A DNA stretch of 64,000 bases from Botryllus schlosseri (GCA_051294905.1 CM119384.1:23250001-23314000), one strand, 5' to 3'. Shown: positions 11,466-22,353, numbered from the stretch's first letter. Notes: generated by a model from the sequence alone, not told the origin. Program-made: numbers and translations.

Positions 11466-14354
11466 TATAACGTGCTCTGTCGTGGGCGCGCGTTATTCTT
11501 CGTCCGCGGCTCGATTGGTCAAAGTAGACAAGTCAGCATTGCTCTTTTAATAAAACAACTAAAACATGACGATGCTCGTCCGACGGAGACTAGGAGATCG
11601 ACTGGCTTGGACGGTGATTAAGAGCGACTGACCTCCGACGGTGACGACAGGCCGACTGGTATCGCGGACGGTGACTGAAAGGCCGACTGACACAACAGAG
11701 TGCGACACCATAGGCGGCCTATCATGCGAATCAGCGAGGGTAATAGTAATCAATCGAGGCAATAGAGTAATCAATGAGCGGTTACGCTACAAGGGCGCCC
11801 CTGGTTGGTGAAGCTTTAGGATATTATAGACGGCAGTAAATGATTCAACTACAAGTGCAGTACTCTACAAATATGATACGGTAGTGGTTACAGATTAAGA
11901 TTCGATCACGAATACAATACTAATGTTCTAACGACTAACGAAAGCGAGGTGGGTGTCGTGGCAAAGCTATAAACGACAAAATGATGCGTTTAGCGACAAA
12001 TATGCACTTCGCAATGTGAAAGGCTCAAGATACGATTTATAGAACATACAGGAGATGAAGAAGCCTGTTGCTAAAAAATACAAGTGATGGCGGAAAAGTG
12101 AATGAGTAACACACTAAATATCCATTGTAAATACTGGTGACAACACAAAATCATTCAAGTGATGTTGAGTACGAATAATACGGCCGCTGGCCGTCACAGA
12201 GTTTGTTCGCGAAGTGTCAACTTGCGGTGGCGTCAATTCGTCGAGACGCTCGATGGGAGGTCTGCCAGGTATAAGCCTGTCGGTTGAGGCGTCATACGGA
12301 CCCTTATTCGTTTGAATTGTGAAACATTTATGAGTGCGTTTTAAAACTTGATGTGGACCAGAATAAACCGGATCGAGTGATCTACGATGACCATCTATCC
12401 GCAAGAAAACGTGCGTGCAATTATTCAAATCGTTCGGGACATAGGAATTTTGATTCGAATGAAACCTAGTCGGCATCTCACCCACGGCTGAGAAATAGCG
12501 TTTCAATTCACCAACGTAGTTTTAATCATTAGCGTTATTACCACAGGAAGAGGGATTCACTAAATGGCAAGGCAACACATTCAAGTGCCATGCACATTAC
12601 AGAGTTTCGATGGCAAAAAAGTATAGTTGATCGAGTAATGGATGAGTGAGATTTTTATAGAATTGCGCGACTGCAAGCGTTGTCTAATCCTATATGGTAC
12701 GCAAGTAGGTATGGGTTGAGAAAGCTTTTGGGCGTAAGAGATAACGTCATAATTCGCTAACATAAGTCGAAGTTAGTAATATCATATCACGTGATGATCA
12801 ACCTTACAGCAGTTTTGGGACATGTAACGTCTAGTCGTGACTGATGGCGTAAAATAACGATAAGAATTCATCAAGATTAAACTGAAAAACGGTCAATACG
12901 CACATGGAACAAATTAAAGAATATGCAGATATTGCTAGGGGAACGTCTATCAACATCACGGAGCGGAATTGTTCGAGAAGTACACTGGCAATGGAGAGAA
13001 TCCCTACATTTCGATTGAAATTCGAGCGTTGTTGGCACAGCACATTGTCATCGTTGCACGAATTCGCTCTTTCGCACTCCATATTTCGCAATTTCTGTCG
13101 TTAAAGTCCGTGAGAAGTCCAGCTAGTAGATTCTCGGATGCGTGAGCGGGTAGTGTAGAGCAGAAAGTCGAGAGCGTCTGCCACATAATATTGAGACGAA
13201 GAGCGTTTTCATTCGGAATATACTTATCAAGGTGATAGGTTAGTTGCAAGTCGTCGCTCGACAAGATTGAGTGAAGGGGGATCTGCGTTTGAGCGCATTT
13301 CCCGTTGTTCCCGTCGACGTCGAGGTGATTCGATTCGGTTCGGTTCGTGGTCCCATCAGGAATAATGGTTCCGTCGGTTTCGTGTAGTTTCGTTCCGCTC
13401 ATCTTTCGTTCTACATTTGGAATGCGTAGTGAGACAGATACAGTATAGCTGCCTCATCTACGTAGAAAAACAAGTATATCAATGTCGGGCGATCGGAGAT
13501 ATGAAGTTGCGAAGAGAATTCAGTGTACGTGGTCGCTGTGCTAAGGCTTGGTCATGATGTCGTCGTGCTGCAAACATGCGTGTCCGCAAATGATGCAGGA
13601 AGTAGTACTTCGTGAAGTCCTCAGCATGTAGATTTCAGTTCTTCTGGAGTCATTAATAGACAAACTGTCAGCGTTAGGGCGTACGCAATCCTAATTAAAC
13701 TGGCACAGATACTCATAGCAATCGCGATCATCAGTTCGAGTGTTTGTTTTGAATGGCATCGCGTCGAAGCGTATTCAGGGCAAGCATTCTTTAGGCGAGG
13801 TCCGCAAAACCATGGGATTGAAATCTCGCATCCACGAAGACGAACTCCACGTTTCAAAATGTGTCCAGGGCAAATCTCGTTTTAGAGTTCCGTGAGTTCA
13901 TCGCTTTCTATCATTGATCCTGGTCGAGCTTGCGGCATTGCATTTCCAAAAACATCACGTCGGCTAGGAAGCCTAGCGAAATCACGTCGGCTACGAAGGC
14001 TAGCGAAATCACGTCGGGGTCACCAAAATATAGCGTGCTCCGTCGTGGGCGCGCGTTCTTCTTGGTCCGCGGCTCGATAGGTCAAAGTAGACAAGTCAGC
14101 ATTGCTCTTTTAATAAAACAACTAAAACATGACGATGCTCGTCCGACGGAGACTATGAGATCGATTGGCTCGGACGGTGACTAAAAGTGACTGACCTCCG
14201 ACGGTGACTACAGGCCGACTGTTATCGCGGACGGTGACTGAAAGGCCGACTGACACAACAGAGTGCGACACCATAGGCGGCCTATTATGCGAATCAGCGA
14301 GGGTAATAGTAATCAATCGAGGCAATAGAGTAATCAATGAGCGGTTACGCTACA
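11466..14354 (-). mobile_element. Non-autonomous (deleted) CsRN1-family LTR retrotransposon
   Basis: 326-bp LTRs at 11466-11791 and 14029-14354 (roughly 15 mismatches by eye); 4-bp TSD ACGG; tRNA-Trp PBS at 14008-14025; degraded gag near 13600-13860; integrase C-terminal remnant. Confidence 0.88.
12114..12506 (-). pseudogene. Integrase C-terminal (GPY/F) remnant
   Basis: VPNDLNNCTHVFLRIDGHRRSLDPVYSGPHQVLKR matches the P.Y.GP..V C-terminal integrase motif of this clade. Confidence 0.75.
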
Positions 14355-14690
14355 ACGGTACCATATTTCACATGGTTAGGCGGCGTAGACCTACATGTCT
14401 TTCCACAGTTATTCGTAAAATGACAACAATAAATTGCGTAAATGTAGGAGGGGCCCCCCATAAAATAAAAGTAAGCTCTTTTAACCAGTGCAGAAATTTA
14501 ATGATCGACCACTGTTTACGGTTGGCCTACCATATTCTACATGAGTAGGCCTGCATGTATTTTCACGGTTATTCGCAAAATGATAACCAAAAATCGCATA
14601 AATGTAGAAGGGCCTTCCCTCATAAAATCAAAGTAAGATCTTTTAACGCGCGCAGTATTTGATGATCGACAACTCTTTACGGGACCATAT

Positions 14691-14887
14691 TGTTGTGTTC
14701 CTCTTAAACTATTTCTTGATCAGATACCAAAGAAGGCTATACCGATGCAGTACAAGTACGACCACGTTTAATCACGACCAAACCTTAACAGAACTACGAC
14801 ACACGAAATACTAACGACGGTAGGAACACAAGAAAACAATCAACGAGCACGAGTCATCATCGGCAATCGCAAAGTAATTCCACAACA
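14691..14887 (-). repeat. 3' LTR of the Mag-like element
   Basis: TGTTGTG...CACAACA; matches 21932-22128. Confidence 0.9.
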
Positions 14888-14910
14888 CCTCCCTTCTAAC
14901 TTGAGAGTTA

Positions 14911-15779
14911 TTACAAATCAAGAATAACTCTCGGTTTACGAGTTCGTTTGGAACGTCTCGGGTTATGAGGTCCATATTCCGGTAATTCATGGACTTCCGG
15001 AGAGGCATGACGCATTGCCACGATATTGTTTCTCGGAGGGCTTACTACCCTTTGATAATTAAAAGCAGGTACATCAGGTGTGATGCCAGGCTCGCTGTCT
15101 TCTTCAATTCCATACCTTGGTCGAAGTTGATCAATGTGTCTTCTCCACGTAGGACCACGCGGATGAACCATAACATTGACGCTGCGAGAACCAAATACCT
15201 TGGTAACTGTCGCAGGTACCCATTTGGGCTTTTTATTCTTCTTCGGCCCATAATACAGAGCATAACAAGGTGCGCCAACCGTGAATCGATTGACTGAAGC
15301 CTTTACTTGCTTCTCAACTTCTCTCACTTGCTTGCCTTGAGCTGCATGAGCTGGAGATGGCAGTAGCGTATCAATCATAGTTCGAATTTGTCTGCCATTG
15401 AGAAGCTGACTCGGAGATAATCCACTTGCAAGCGGCGTTCTCCTGTACAACATGAGGAATTCCTGTAATGCGGCCTTGGCTGGCAAACTTGATTTGCGTA
15501 GTGCGCGTTTGAATGAGTCGACCAGCTTTTCTGCGGCGCCATTCGTAGATGGGTGATATGGTGCACCCGAAAGGTGGATAATTCCTCTTTCCTTACACCA
15601 TTTCTGAAACTCTTCAGACTTGAACGTACTTGCATTATCAGACACAATGGTAAACGGATATCCAAAATGTGCAAAGTCCTGTTCAAGTAATCCGATCGTT
15701 TCCTTGCTTGAAACGGAATTGGTCGGGTGGATGCAAGGATATTTGGAATACGAGTCCGTTAATACGAGCCAATTGGTTC
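14911..15779 (-). pseudogene. pol: Integrase core and C-terminus of the Mag-like element (downstream of the nested insertion)
   Basis: NWLVLTDSYSKYP...VSDNASTFKSEEF...PYHPSTNGAAEKLV; joins HAIEFMGT at 18689 once the insertion is removed. Confidence 0.88.
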
Positions 15780-16618
15780 TGTGACAATACGGTTTAATGA
15801 GGTATTATTGTCTCTGTAATTAGAACTCAGACGAGTAGTTGTCCTGGCGTAGGCTGTCTACGGTGTCTGGTACTTAACTGAGAGATAGAACGTCCTCTTC
15901 GACCGAGCTGTCGTAATGTGAACTCTTCAGACGAATATATTGTTCAAAACACAGTTTATTATTCTTCTACGTAATTCAGTAGGTTTAGCAATGAATCTCC
16001 CCGAATTTGCTATCGCACGAGTTTATAAATGGTCGATATTATCGTAATAGGAAATTACGTCACTTACGCATAAGGCGTGCAATAACTGTTGTGACCCGCC
16101 TAGGACACACCGTTACACTATCTCCACTTTTGAGGGAGCGAACATGCAATGAGCGGAAGTAATTTAGAACGAAGGTGTCACAACTGTAATTACATTAGCC
16201 AAACAATACCACTTACTAAACAAGTCCAGACACTAAGACAACAAGAGAGATGAACAGGTTTTCTACAGCTTTCATAATATACAAGTTAGCCTAACAGATC
16301 ACAATACAATCAGATTACTTGACAAGAATTAGTAACCCAACACTACACAAAATCCAGATTAACACTCTAGAATAGGTAGCGAAACAACTAACTACATTAA
16401 GCCTGACACAAAAAAATATACACAATACGTCTCAGTAGGCTCTGTTCAAGTGCTAACACCAGCCAAGTCTGAGAGGCTATCCAACATAACAACAGTCAAT
16501 GACCACTCATATTTACAATGTGGTCGTTACATACGACAATTGTACTTCGCTAGTACAATTAGATTGGATAGAGACGACGTCTATCTCAATCAAAAACGCG
16601 TGTGCGGTGCTCCTACGT

Positions 16619-18358
16619 TTACGCATCCGTGGCAGGGCGCTTGCCTGTATTCCTCGGTGAATCAGGTCTTACTACGGCTGGGGGTTCTTCTTTTGGGGGC
16701 GGCGATTGTCGGAAAGCCGCTGTTGAATCGTGACGGGTCGGAACGGTATCAGGCATTCGGTCATGTACCATTGAGGTAGGTACGATTTGATCCCCCTGGT
16801 TGTCGTCCAGGAAGATTGGTGGCAAGTGCTGTGCACCATCGGTCGGCTCGGTTACGGTTTCTTCGTGTTGCAAAAGCGGCCGTTCGGTACCGATCTCGAC
16901 TGTGTGACATCTGGTGCTTGCATCCGAAGCATTTCCGTCCGATAGTCCCCCAGCGTTATTCTCGCCCGTATCGATCGATCGCATTTCAATGTCCAGATCA
17001 GATTGGCTGCCACGTGTCACAATCGGAGCACCGCTTCGCGCGCTTTTCGAAACTCGCTGTCGCAACGTGTTCTCCGTTTCTGAAATAAACTTCAATACGG
17101 CAGTGCGTTTCTCATGAAAGGACTTACGCATTACATCACGTTTAGAACAAAATAATTTACAAGTTAAATACAATCCCCAGATCATAGCGTTTATCAGACA
17201 AAAAATCATAAGGTATTGGACAATTGGGTTCGTGACACTAGCCAAAACGTACAAGATGCTGCCCCTAAAAGCTTCATAAACAATTTTAACTGGAAGCGAT
17301 GGATCGGCATCAACATGATCACTTGTTGTACTCCGATTAATTAAGTGGGAGGCTGATAATTCACGCAATTTATGTACCAACAACATGCTATGGGACATAT
17401 GAGCCAACACGCTGTCATAATCCGTACCAAGTGAAGGGTCTATTTTACTGAAAATATCTAAAAACGTTTCAGTTAGATTCACCGGATGTGTCGATTCTAT
17501 AATCGTATCTAAACCGTCATGCATTGAGAATCGAATCTGTTTCACCGACGCGTTACGATCAACTAATAAGCCATTTTGAAATTTGAAAAATGACTTTCCT
17601 ACTTTAAAAATTTTAGTCGTGTTTTTCGACCCGAGATCTAATGTCAGCGGACCCAAGTAAGCTGTTCCATTGTCTACTAGGGTTGCCATTCGTGATAAGT
17701 TATGGCCGAACCTCACAATCGGTCGCGCAGATAGTCTACCGCCTGGCAAGAACAAACTCTCCTGTACTACGACAGTCTGTCTAAAACATTGTTCAGCCTG
17801 AATTACATCGCCTGCTTGACGGAACCGGGGGCGCCCTTTTGTTGGCGTCAAGTATAGGGCAGCGTTCGTATTGAGCGGCAGAAGCGACTTTTGGATTGTA
17901 TACATTTGTTGCTCAGCGTGACATTCAAATGCGTTCAAATTGGACACAAGACTCCGGTACCGAAAATCAGATTGATCTTTTACCTCTTGTAACGTCGCAA
18001 GGAGTAAGCGCATGCTAGGAGTTGTACGATCGGAACTTGCGGCCGGCTGCCCAATCGATAATCTTCGCATGTCTCCAGCTTTACAACGTTTCGGCACGAC
18101 AAAAAAATCGTTGACGAGACATATAATCGGGGTTTTTCTGATACATCTCGTGGTCTCCGATTGACACGATTTCCTTGACCTGAAACTCAGTCCCAGAGAG
18201 GGCATTTCAATTCTTGTCGCATATGGATAACGCTGTCCATAATGGATCACAACTGCGGCATTCCTTTCTATCACCACTGTTGGGCAACGGTATCTAGTCA
18301 ATTCACCAGAATCCCAAACTACTGTGGCTGTGGCCTCACTCGGGGCACCATGTGACAA
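16619..18358 (-). CDS. env: N-terminally truncated class III fusion glycoprotein (herpesvirus gB-like env) with TM and long cytoplasmic tail
   Basis: LLLATLQEVKD...ECHAEQQ...LNTNAAL...AGDVIQAEQC...SARPIVRF parallels the gB domain III/IV pattern (AQLQFTYD...WC.DQ...INPSA...GDVL..ASC...YSRP.V.F); TM IVQYLMIFCLINAMIWGLYLTCKLF; no signal peptide. Confidence 0.72.
   Translation of the reverse strand: MSHGAPSEATATVVWDSGELTRYRCPTVVIERNAAVVIHYGQRYPYATRIEMPSLGLSFRSRKSCQSETTRCIRKTPIICLVNDFFVVPKRCKAGDMRRLSIGQPAASSDRTTPSMRLLLATLQEVKDQSDFRYRSLVSNLNAFECHAEQQMYTIQKSLLPLNTNAALYLTPTKGRPRFRQAGDVIQAEQCFRQTVVVQESLFLPGGRLSARPIVRFGHNLSRMATLVDNGTAYLGPLTLDLGSKNTTKIFKVGKSFFKFQNGLLVDRNASVKQIRFSMHDGLDTIIESTHPVNLTETFLDIFSKIDPSLGTDYDSVLAHMSHSMLLVHKLRELSASHLINRSTTSDHVDADPSLPVKIVYEAFRGSILYVLASVTNPIVQYLMIFCLINAMIWGLYLTCKLFCSKRDVMRKSFHEKRTAVLKFISETENTLRQRVSKSARSGAPIVTRGSQSDLDIEMRSIDTGENNAGGLSDGNASDASTRCHTVEIGTERPLLQHEETVTEPTDGAQHLPPIFLDDNQGDQIVPTSMVHDRMPDTVPTRHDSTAAFRQSPPPKEEPPAVVRPDSPRNTGKRPATDA
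18333..18350 (-). promoter_or_regulatory. PBS complementary to elongator tRNA-Met 3' end
   Basis: TGGTGCCCCGAGTGAGGC abuts the 5' LTR; the + strand reads CCTCACTCGGGGCACCA, like animal elongator tRNA-Met 3' ends. Confidence 0.7.
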
Positions 18359-18688
18359 TACGGTTTAATGAGGTATTATTGTCTCTGTAATTAGAACTCA
18401 GACGAGTAGTTGTCCTGGCGTAGGCTGTCTACGGTGTCTGGTACTTAACTGAGAGATAGAACGTCCTCTTCGACCGAGCTGTCGTAATGTGAACTCTTCA
18501 GACGAATATATTGTTCAAAACACAGTTTATTATTCTTCTACGTAATTCAGTAGGTTTAGCAATGAATCTCCCCGAATTTGCTATCGCACGAGTTTATAAA
18601 TGGTCGATATTATCGTAATAGGAAATTACGTCACTTACGCATAAGGCGTGCAATAACTGTTGTGACCCGCCTAGGACACACCGTTACA

Positions 18689-19100
18689 GTTCCCATGAAT
18701 TCGATTGCATGGTCGACATGAACTCTCATCCACGGCTTCTCAGGTAACATCCAAGGATGGATGCTTGCCTCCTTAGGAGCGTTCTGATTTTCACAGCATG
18801 AAACACATCTGTGACACGTGTCCACAATATCATTGTCCATTCGCGGCCAATACACAGCACTACGAGCAAGTTGCTTCATACGCTGCATTCCAAAATGTCC
18901 CAAATGAAGAATATCCAACACCTTTCTTTGCAGACTCGAGGGAATTACGATTCTCGCTCCAGAAAACAAACATCCGTTTTCAACAGATAAACATGTGGAT
19001 ATCTTACGAAAATCTTCAACCGAATATCCTTGATCTTTGGTGCTGGCAACATTTTCTGGCCAGCCCACTCTGGTGTATCTCATCACAGCAGAAATGACAG
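18689..19100 (-). pseudogene. pol: Integrase N-terminal HHCC region of the Mag-like element
   Basis: KDPVISAVMRYTRVGWP...LHLGHFGMQRMKQLARSAVYWP...CHRCVSC...RVHVDHAIEFMGT. Confidence 0.88.
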
Positions 19101-21806
19101 GATCTTTGCCAGTAGAGGTTTATGGTCAGTAACCAATATAAACTTCCTTCCATACAAGTATTGATGATACTTCTGGAGAGCAAAAATGATAGCCAAAGCT
19201 TCTTTGTAAATCTGGCTGTACTTTCGTTGAGTTTCCGTCAACGTTTTGGACATGTAGGAAATTGGCTTCTCAGAACCATCTTCAGAACGGTGAAAAAGTA
19301 CGCAACCAATTCCTACTTCCGAAGCGTCACATGATAATCCTAACTTCTTTGTTGGATCAAAGTGAACTAGGAGCAAATCTGCACATAGCATTTTCTTCAA
19401 TTCGTCGAATGAATCTTGTTCATCTTTACCCCAAAACCACGGGATTCCCTTTCTTGTAAGACGGTGTAACGGTTCCGTCACCGCTGACAGATTGGGTAAA
19501 AATTTACTGTAGAATTGTACTTGGCCCAGAAATGATTTGAGACCAGACAGATTAATTGGAGCAGGCATTTTCAACACTGCCTCCACTTTCGAACCTTTGG
19601 AAATACCGGCACTCGATAATTTGTGACCTAGGTATTCGACTGACGGTTGTGCGAATGTGCACTTTTCTCTTCGGCATCGGAGACCTTTATCTTGAAGTCT
19701 CTTCAATAACGCACGGAGATTATTCATGTGATCGGCCGCGTCGACGCCGCTGACCAAAATGTCATCCAGGTAAACAGCTACACCATTCAAGTCGGCAGTC
19801 AGCTGATTCATGATTTCCGTGAAATAACCTGGTGCTGAAGAGATTCCGAACGGTAACCTCATTTGCAGCAAGACACCGCGATGCGTGCTGAGAGCAAGTC
19901 GCTTTTGACTCTCTTCACTCAATTGAACTTGGTTATATGCATCGGCCAAGTCAATCTTCGTAAAACCATATCCACCGCCCAATTTCTGCATGAGCTCTTC
20001 CGCGAGTGGAATAGGTTGTCTATGCGTTTCAAGTTGCGAATTAACTGTAACAGAATAATCGCCGCACACACGAATCTTTCCCGATTTACTACCAGGAAGC
20101 GATCGTTTACGAATTGGAACAACAGGCGTACCATAATCATTAAAATCGACAGGTTGCCACACACCTTTGGCTATCCCTACATCATACGCTTGGGATAACT
20201 CATCACGGATAGCAAATGGTACTGGGCGATATTTACAGAAAATAGGTTTCGCATCATTTTTAAATCGAATGTCTAACTTAACATCCTTTAAACAACCCAA
20301 TTCAGATTTGAAAAGTTCTGGGAATTCGTTACTGATATCCTCACAGCGTTTGGCCAATTCCGCAAAATCAACATTGGAAAGTGATTTTACAACACTATTA
20401 CCGTATAGCAGCGCTTCAATTGAAATTCCCAACTTCAATATTCCACTACGGCCTATCAAGTTCAAATTCGGTATATCGGTAACTATAAATGAGAAATCGG
20501 ATATTTCTGACCGATTGTTCACATCTGTCAGAGAAACATTCTTAGGTGTGAATGTACCTAGAGTGTTCAGTTTATGCAAGGATGCAGATTCGAACTCAGC
20601 ATTCACCTTTTGCATAGCAGGTCTCCCCAGAGCGATCCATCTGTCTTTGGACATAAAATTTTCTCTCGCGCCAGTATCCAACTCAAATGACTGGATGTCT
20701 TCATTGATTTGCACGTCGATTTCGATTTCTGGATACGATCGTGTATGTTTAACACTTCTAACGCGACGGTTCTTTCGAACACCTTTCTCCGTCAACCTAT
20801 CTTTCTTTTTGATACGACATGCTGGTTGAATGTGACCTCTCTTGTCGCAGTAATGACAGACAGCATCTACATATTTACATTCATCAGGAGAGTGTCCGCA
20901 CTTGTCACATCGAAAACACGCCTTTTCAGAGAGGTTTCTTCCTTCCCCTTCATATCCAGCAACTCGACTCTTGGAGTTCTGGGCGTCTCCTTTACTTTTC
21001 TTTGTATAAGAAGACTTTACCACGTTAGTTTGAAACGGGTTTTCGGATTTTGCACCATAAACGGTTTCTTTTGCTACTTTGGCGACATCTTCCGTATCAG
21101 TTGCCGTTTTGACAACAGTCTCGAAGTTCAAAGAATCGCTTTTCAGTTTGAATACTGCCTTTAGAACAGCTTCGTTTCCCACCGAACACATGAATCGCGT
21201 GGACATCGCTTCGTCCAACGGATTTTTAATTGAAGAAAAGTCACATGTGATCGCGTCTTGCCTGATACGAGCAGCTAATTCTGGTATGGTTTCACCAGGT
21301 TTGCGCTTCATATCACTCCAAAATTTGTAGCGTTCTCTAATCACAAATTGCTTCGGATCATAGTGCTCTTTCATAAAAGCGTTGATTTCTTCCATGGAAA
21401 GATCATTAATCTTCTTAGGATCGGCCTGCTGTGCAGCTATGTTCTGCAACATCTTGTAGACCACTGGACTTTGATTCGTAAGGAATACATGGGCCACTTT
21501 ATCATTCGGCACAGAGTTTGCGCTTACGAACGTACCGAAGCGTTCCCAATAATCGGTCCAGAGTTCCGTTGTGGAGTCAAATGGAGCAAATGGCTGAACT
21601 GACACATTATTGCTGATCGGCGCAGTGGAGACCGCCTGAGAAGATATTTGACGCAGTGTCTCCATCCATGCTTTCATCTGATGTTCGTTATGTGTCTTCT
21701 GTTCGTTCAACTCTTTTCGCTGCAGTTCTAATTGTTCCCGCTGCTGTTCTAATTGTTCTTTAAGAACGTTAACGACTTCTTCAGACATGTTGGGTGTGGT
21801 AGTCAC
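19083..21806 (-). CDS. gag-pol: Gag-protease-RT-RNase H polyprotein (Mag-like), C-terminally broken by a deletion/frameshift
   Basis: CFRCDKCGHSPDEC and CHYCDKRGHIQPAC knuckles, FELDTGA, VYLDDIL, SCDASEVGIG, VTDHKPL. Confidence 0.92.
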   Translation of the reverse strand: MTTTPNMSEEVVNVLKEQLEQQREQLELQRKELNEQKTHNEHQMKAWMETLRQISSQAVSTAPISNNVSVQPFAPFDSTTELWTDYWERFGTFVSANSVPNDKVAHVFLTNQSPVVYKMLQNIAAQQADPKKINDLSMEEINAFMKEHYDPKQFVIRERYKFWSDMKRKPGETIPELAARIRQDAITCDFSSIKNPLDEAMSTRFMCSVGNEAVLKAVFKLKSDSLNFETVVKTATDTEDVAKVAKETVYGAKSENPFQTNVVKSSYTKKSKGDAQNSKSRVAGYEGEGRNLSEKACFRCDKCGHSPDECKYVDAVCHYCDKRGHIQPACRIKKKDRLTEKGVRKNRRVRSVKHTRSYPEIEIDVQINEDIQSFELDTGARENFMSKDRWIALGRPAMQKVNAEFESASLHKLNTLGTFTPKNVSLTDVNNRSEISDFSFIVTDIPNLNLIGRSGILKLGISIEALLYGNSVVKSLSNVDFAELAKRCEDISNEFPELFKSELGCLKDVKLDIRFKNDAKPIFCKYRPVPFAIRDELSQAYDVGIAKGVWQPVDFNDYGTPVVPIRKRSLPGSKSGKIRVCGDYSVTVNSQLETHRQPIPLAEELMQKLGGGYGFTKIDLADAYNQVQLSEESQKRLALSTHRGVLLQMRLPFGISSAPGYFTEIMNQLTADLNGVAVYLDDILVSGVDAADHMNNLRALLKRLQDKGLRCRREKCTFAQPSVEYLGHKLSSAGISKGSKVEAVLKMPAPINLSGLKSFLGQVQFYSKFLPNLSAVTEPLHRLTRKGIPWFWGKDEQDSFDELKKMLCADLLLVHFDPTKKLGLSCDASEVGIGCVLFHRSEDGSEKPISYMSKTLTETQRKYSQIYKEALAIIFALQKYHQYLYGRKFILVTDHKPLLAKILSFLL

Positions 21807-21904
21807 GCACTTGAAGATATGTACGTCTCACGAATAAAACTTAGTCGCACTGCAACCTCTTCTTGGAAATGTTGAAATAGCTCAGATCCCCTATATATCA
21901 CAGG

Positions 21905-21922
21905 ATCCCATCCTCGTCGCCA
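21905..21922 (-). promoter_or_regulatory. PBS complementary to tRNA-Ser(GCT) 3' end
   Basis: + strand ATCCCATCCTCGTCGCCA equals the 3' end of animal tRNA-Ser(GCT). Confidence 0.8.
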
Positions 21923-21931
21923 GAAACGTTC

Positions 21932-22128
21932 TGTTGTGTTCCTCTTAAACTATTTCTTGATCAGATACCAAAGAAGGCTATACCGATGCAGTACAAGTAC
22001 GACCACGTTTAATCACGACCAAACCTTAACAGAACTACGACACACGAAATACTAACGACGGTAGGAACACAAGAAAACAATCAACGAGCACGAGTCATCA
22101 TCGGCAATCGCAAAGTAATTCCACAACA
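21932..22128 (-). repeat. 5' LTR of the Mag-like element
   Basis: Matches 14691-14887; adjacent to the PBS. Confidence 0.9.
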
Positions 22129-22262
22129 CATGGGTGCATGGATTTTCACGGTTATTCGAAAAATGATAACTAAAGAAGGAGATTTATCATTGACCCCTTT
22201 TTACGGTACTGTACCGTATTCTTCACGGATACAAGGATTTCCACGGTTATTTAGAAAATGCT

Positions 22263-22353
22263 AATAGTTGGAAAAAAGCGCGTAAACCGGAGAAATAGTT
22301 GGCAAAAACCGCGTAAACCGGAGAAATAGTTGGAAAAAAGCGCGTAAACGGAG
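22263..22353. repeat. 31-bp tandem repeat x3
   Basis: AATAGTTGG(A/C)AAAA(A/C)(G/C)GCGTAAACCGGAGA repeated three times. Confidence 0.8.

Larger units (their letters stand above)
15780..18688 (-). mobile_element. Nested non-autonomous LTR element carrying only a truncated gB-like envelope ORF
   Basis: Identical (by eye) 338-bp LTRs at 15780-16117 and 18351-18688, TG...CA termini; 4-bp TSD GTTC; PBS at 18333-18350; PPT AAAAGTGGAGATAG before the 3' LTR. Confidence 0.92.
14691..22128 (-). mobile_element. Ty3/Gypsy LTR retrotransposon, Mag-like clade, carrying a nested insertion
   Basis: Identical (by eye) 197-bp LTRs at 14691-14887 and 21932-22128; tRNA-Ser PBS; PPT GTTAGAAGGGAGG (rc of 14888-14900); gag-pol with two CCHC knuckles. 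Confidence 0.92.

Noticed and set aside
20167-21602. Long plus-strand ORFs (220, 151 aa and others) opposite gag-pol; likewise those opposite the LINE and Polinton genes
   Set aside because: Antisense shadows of real coding frames with no motifs of their own.
7170-21922. tRNA-like 18-mers (Trp, Met, Ser) as tRNA genes
   Set aside because: Only the 3' 18 nt including CCA are present, abutting LTRs, so they are PBSs.
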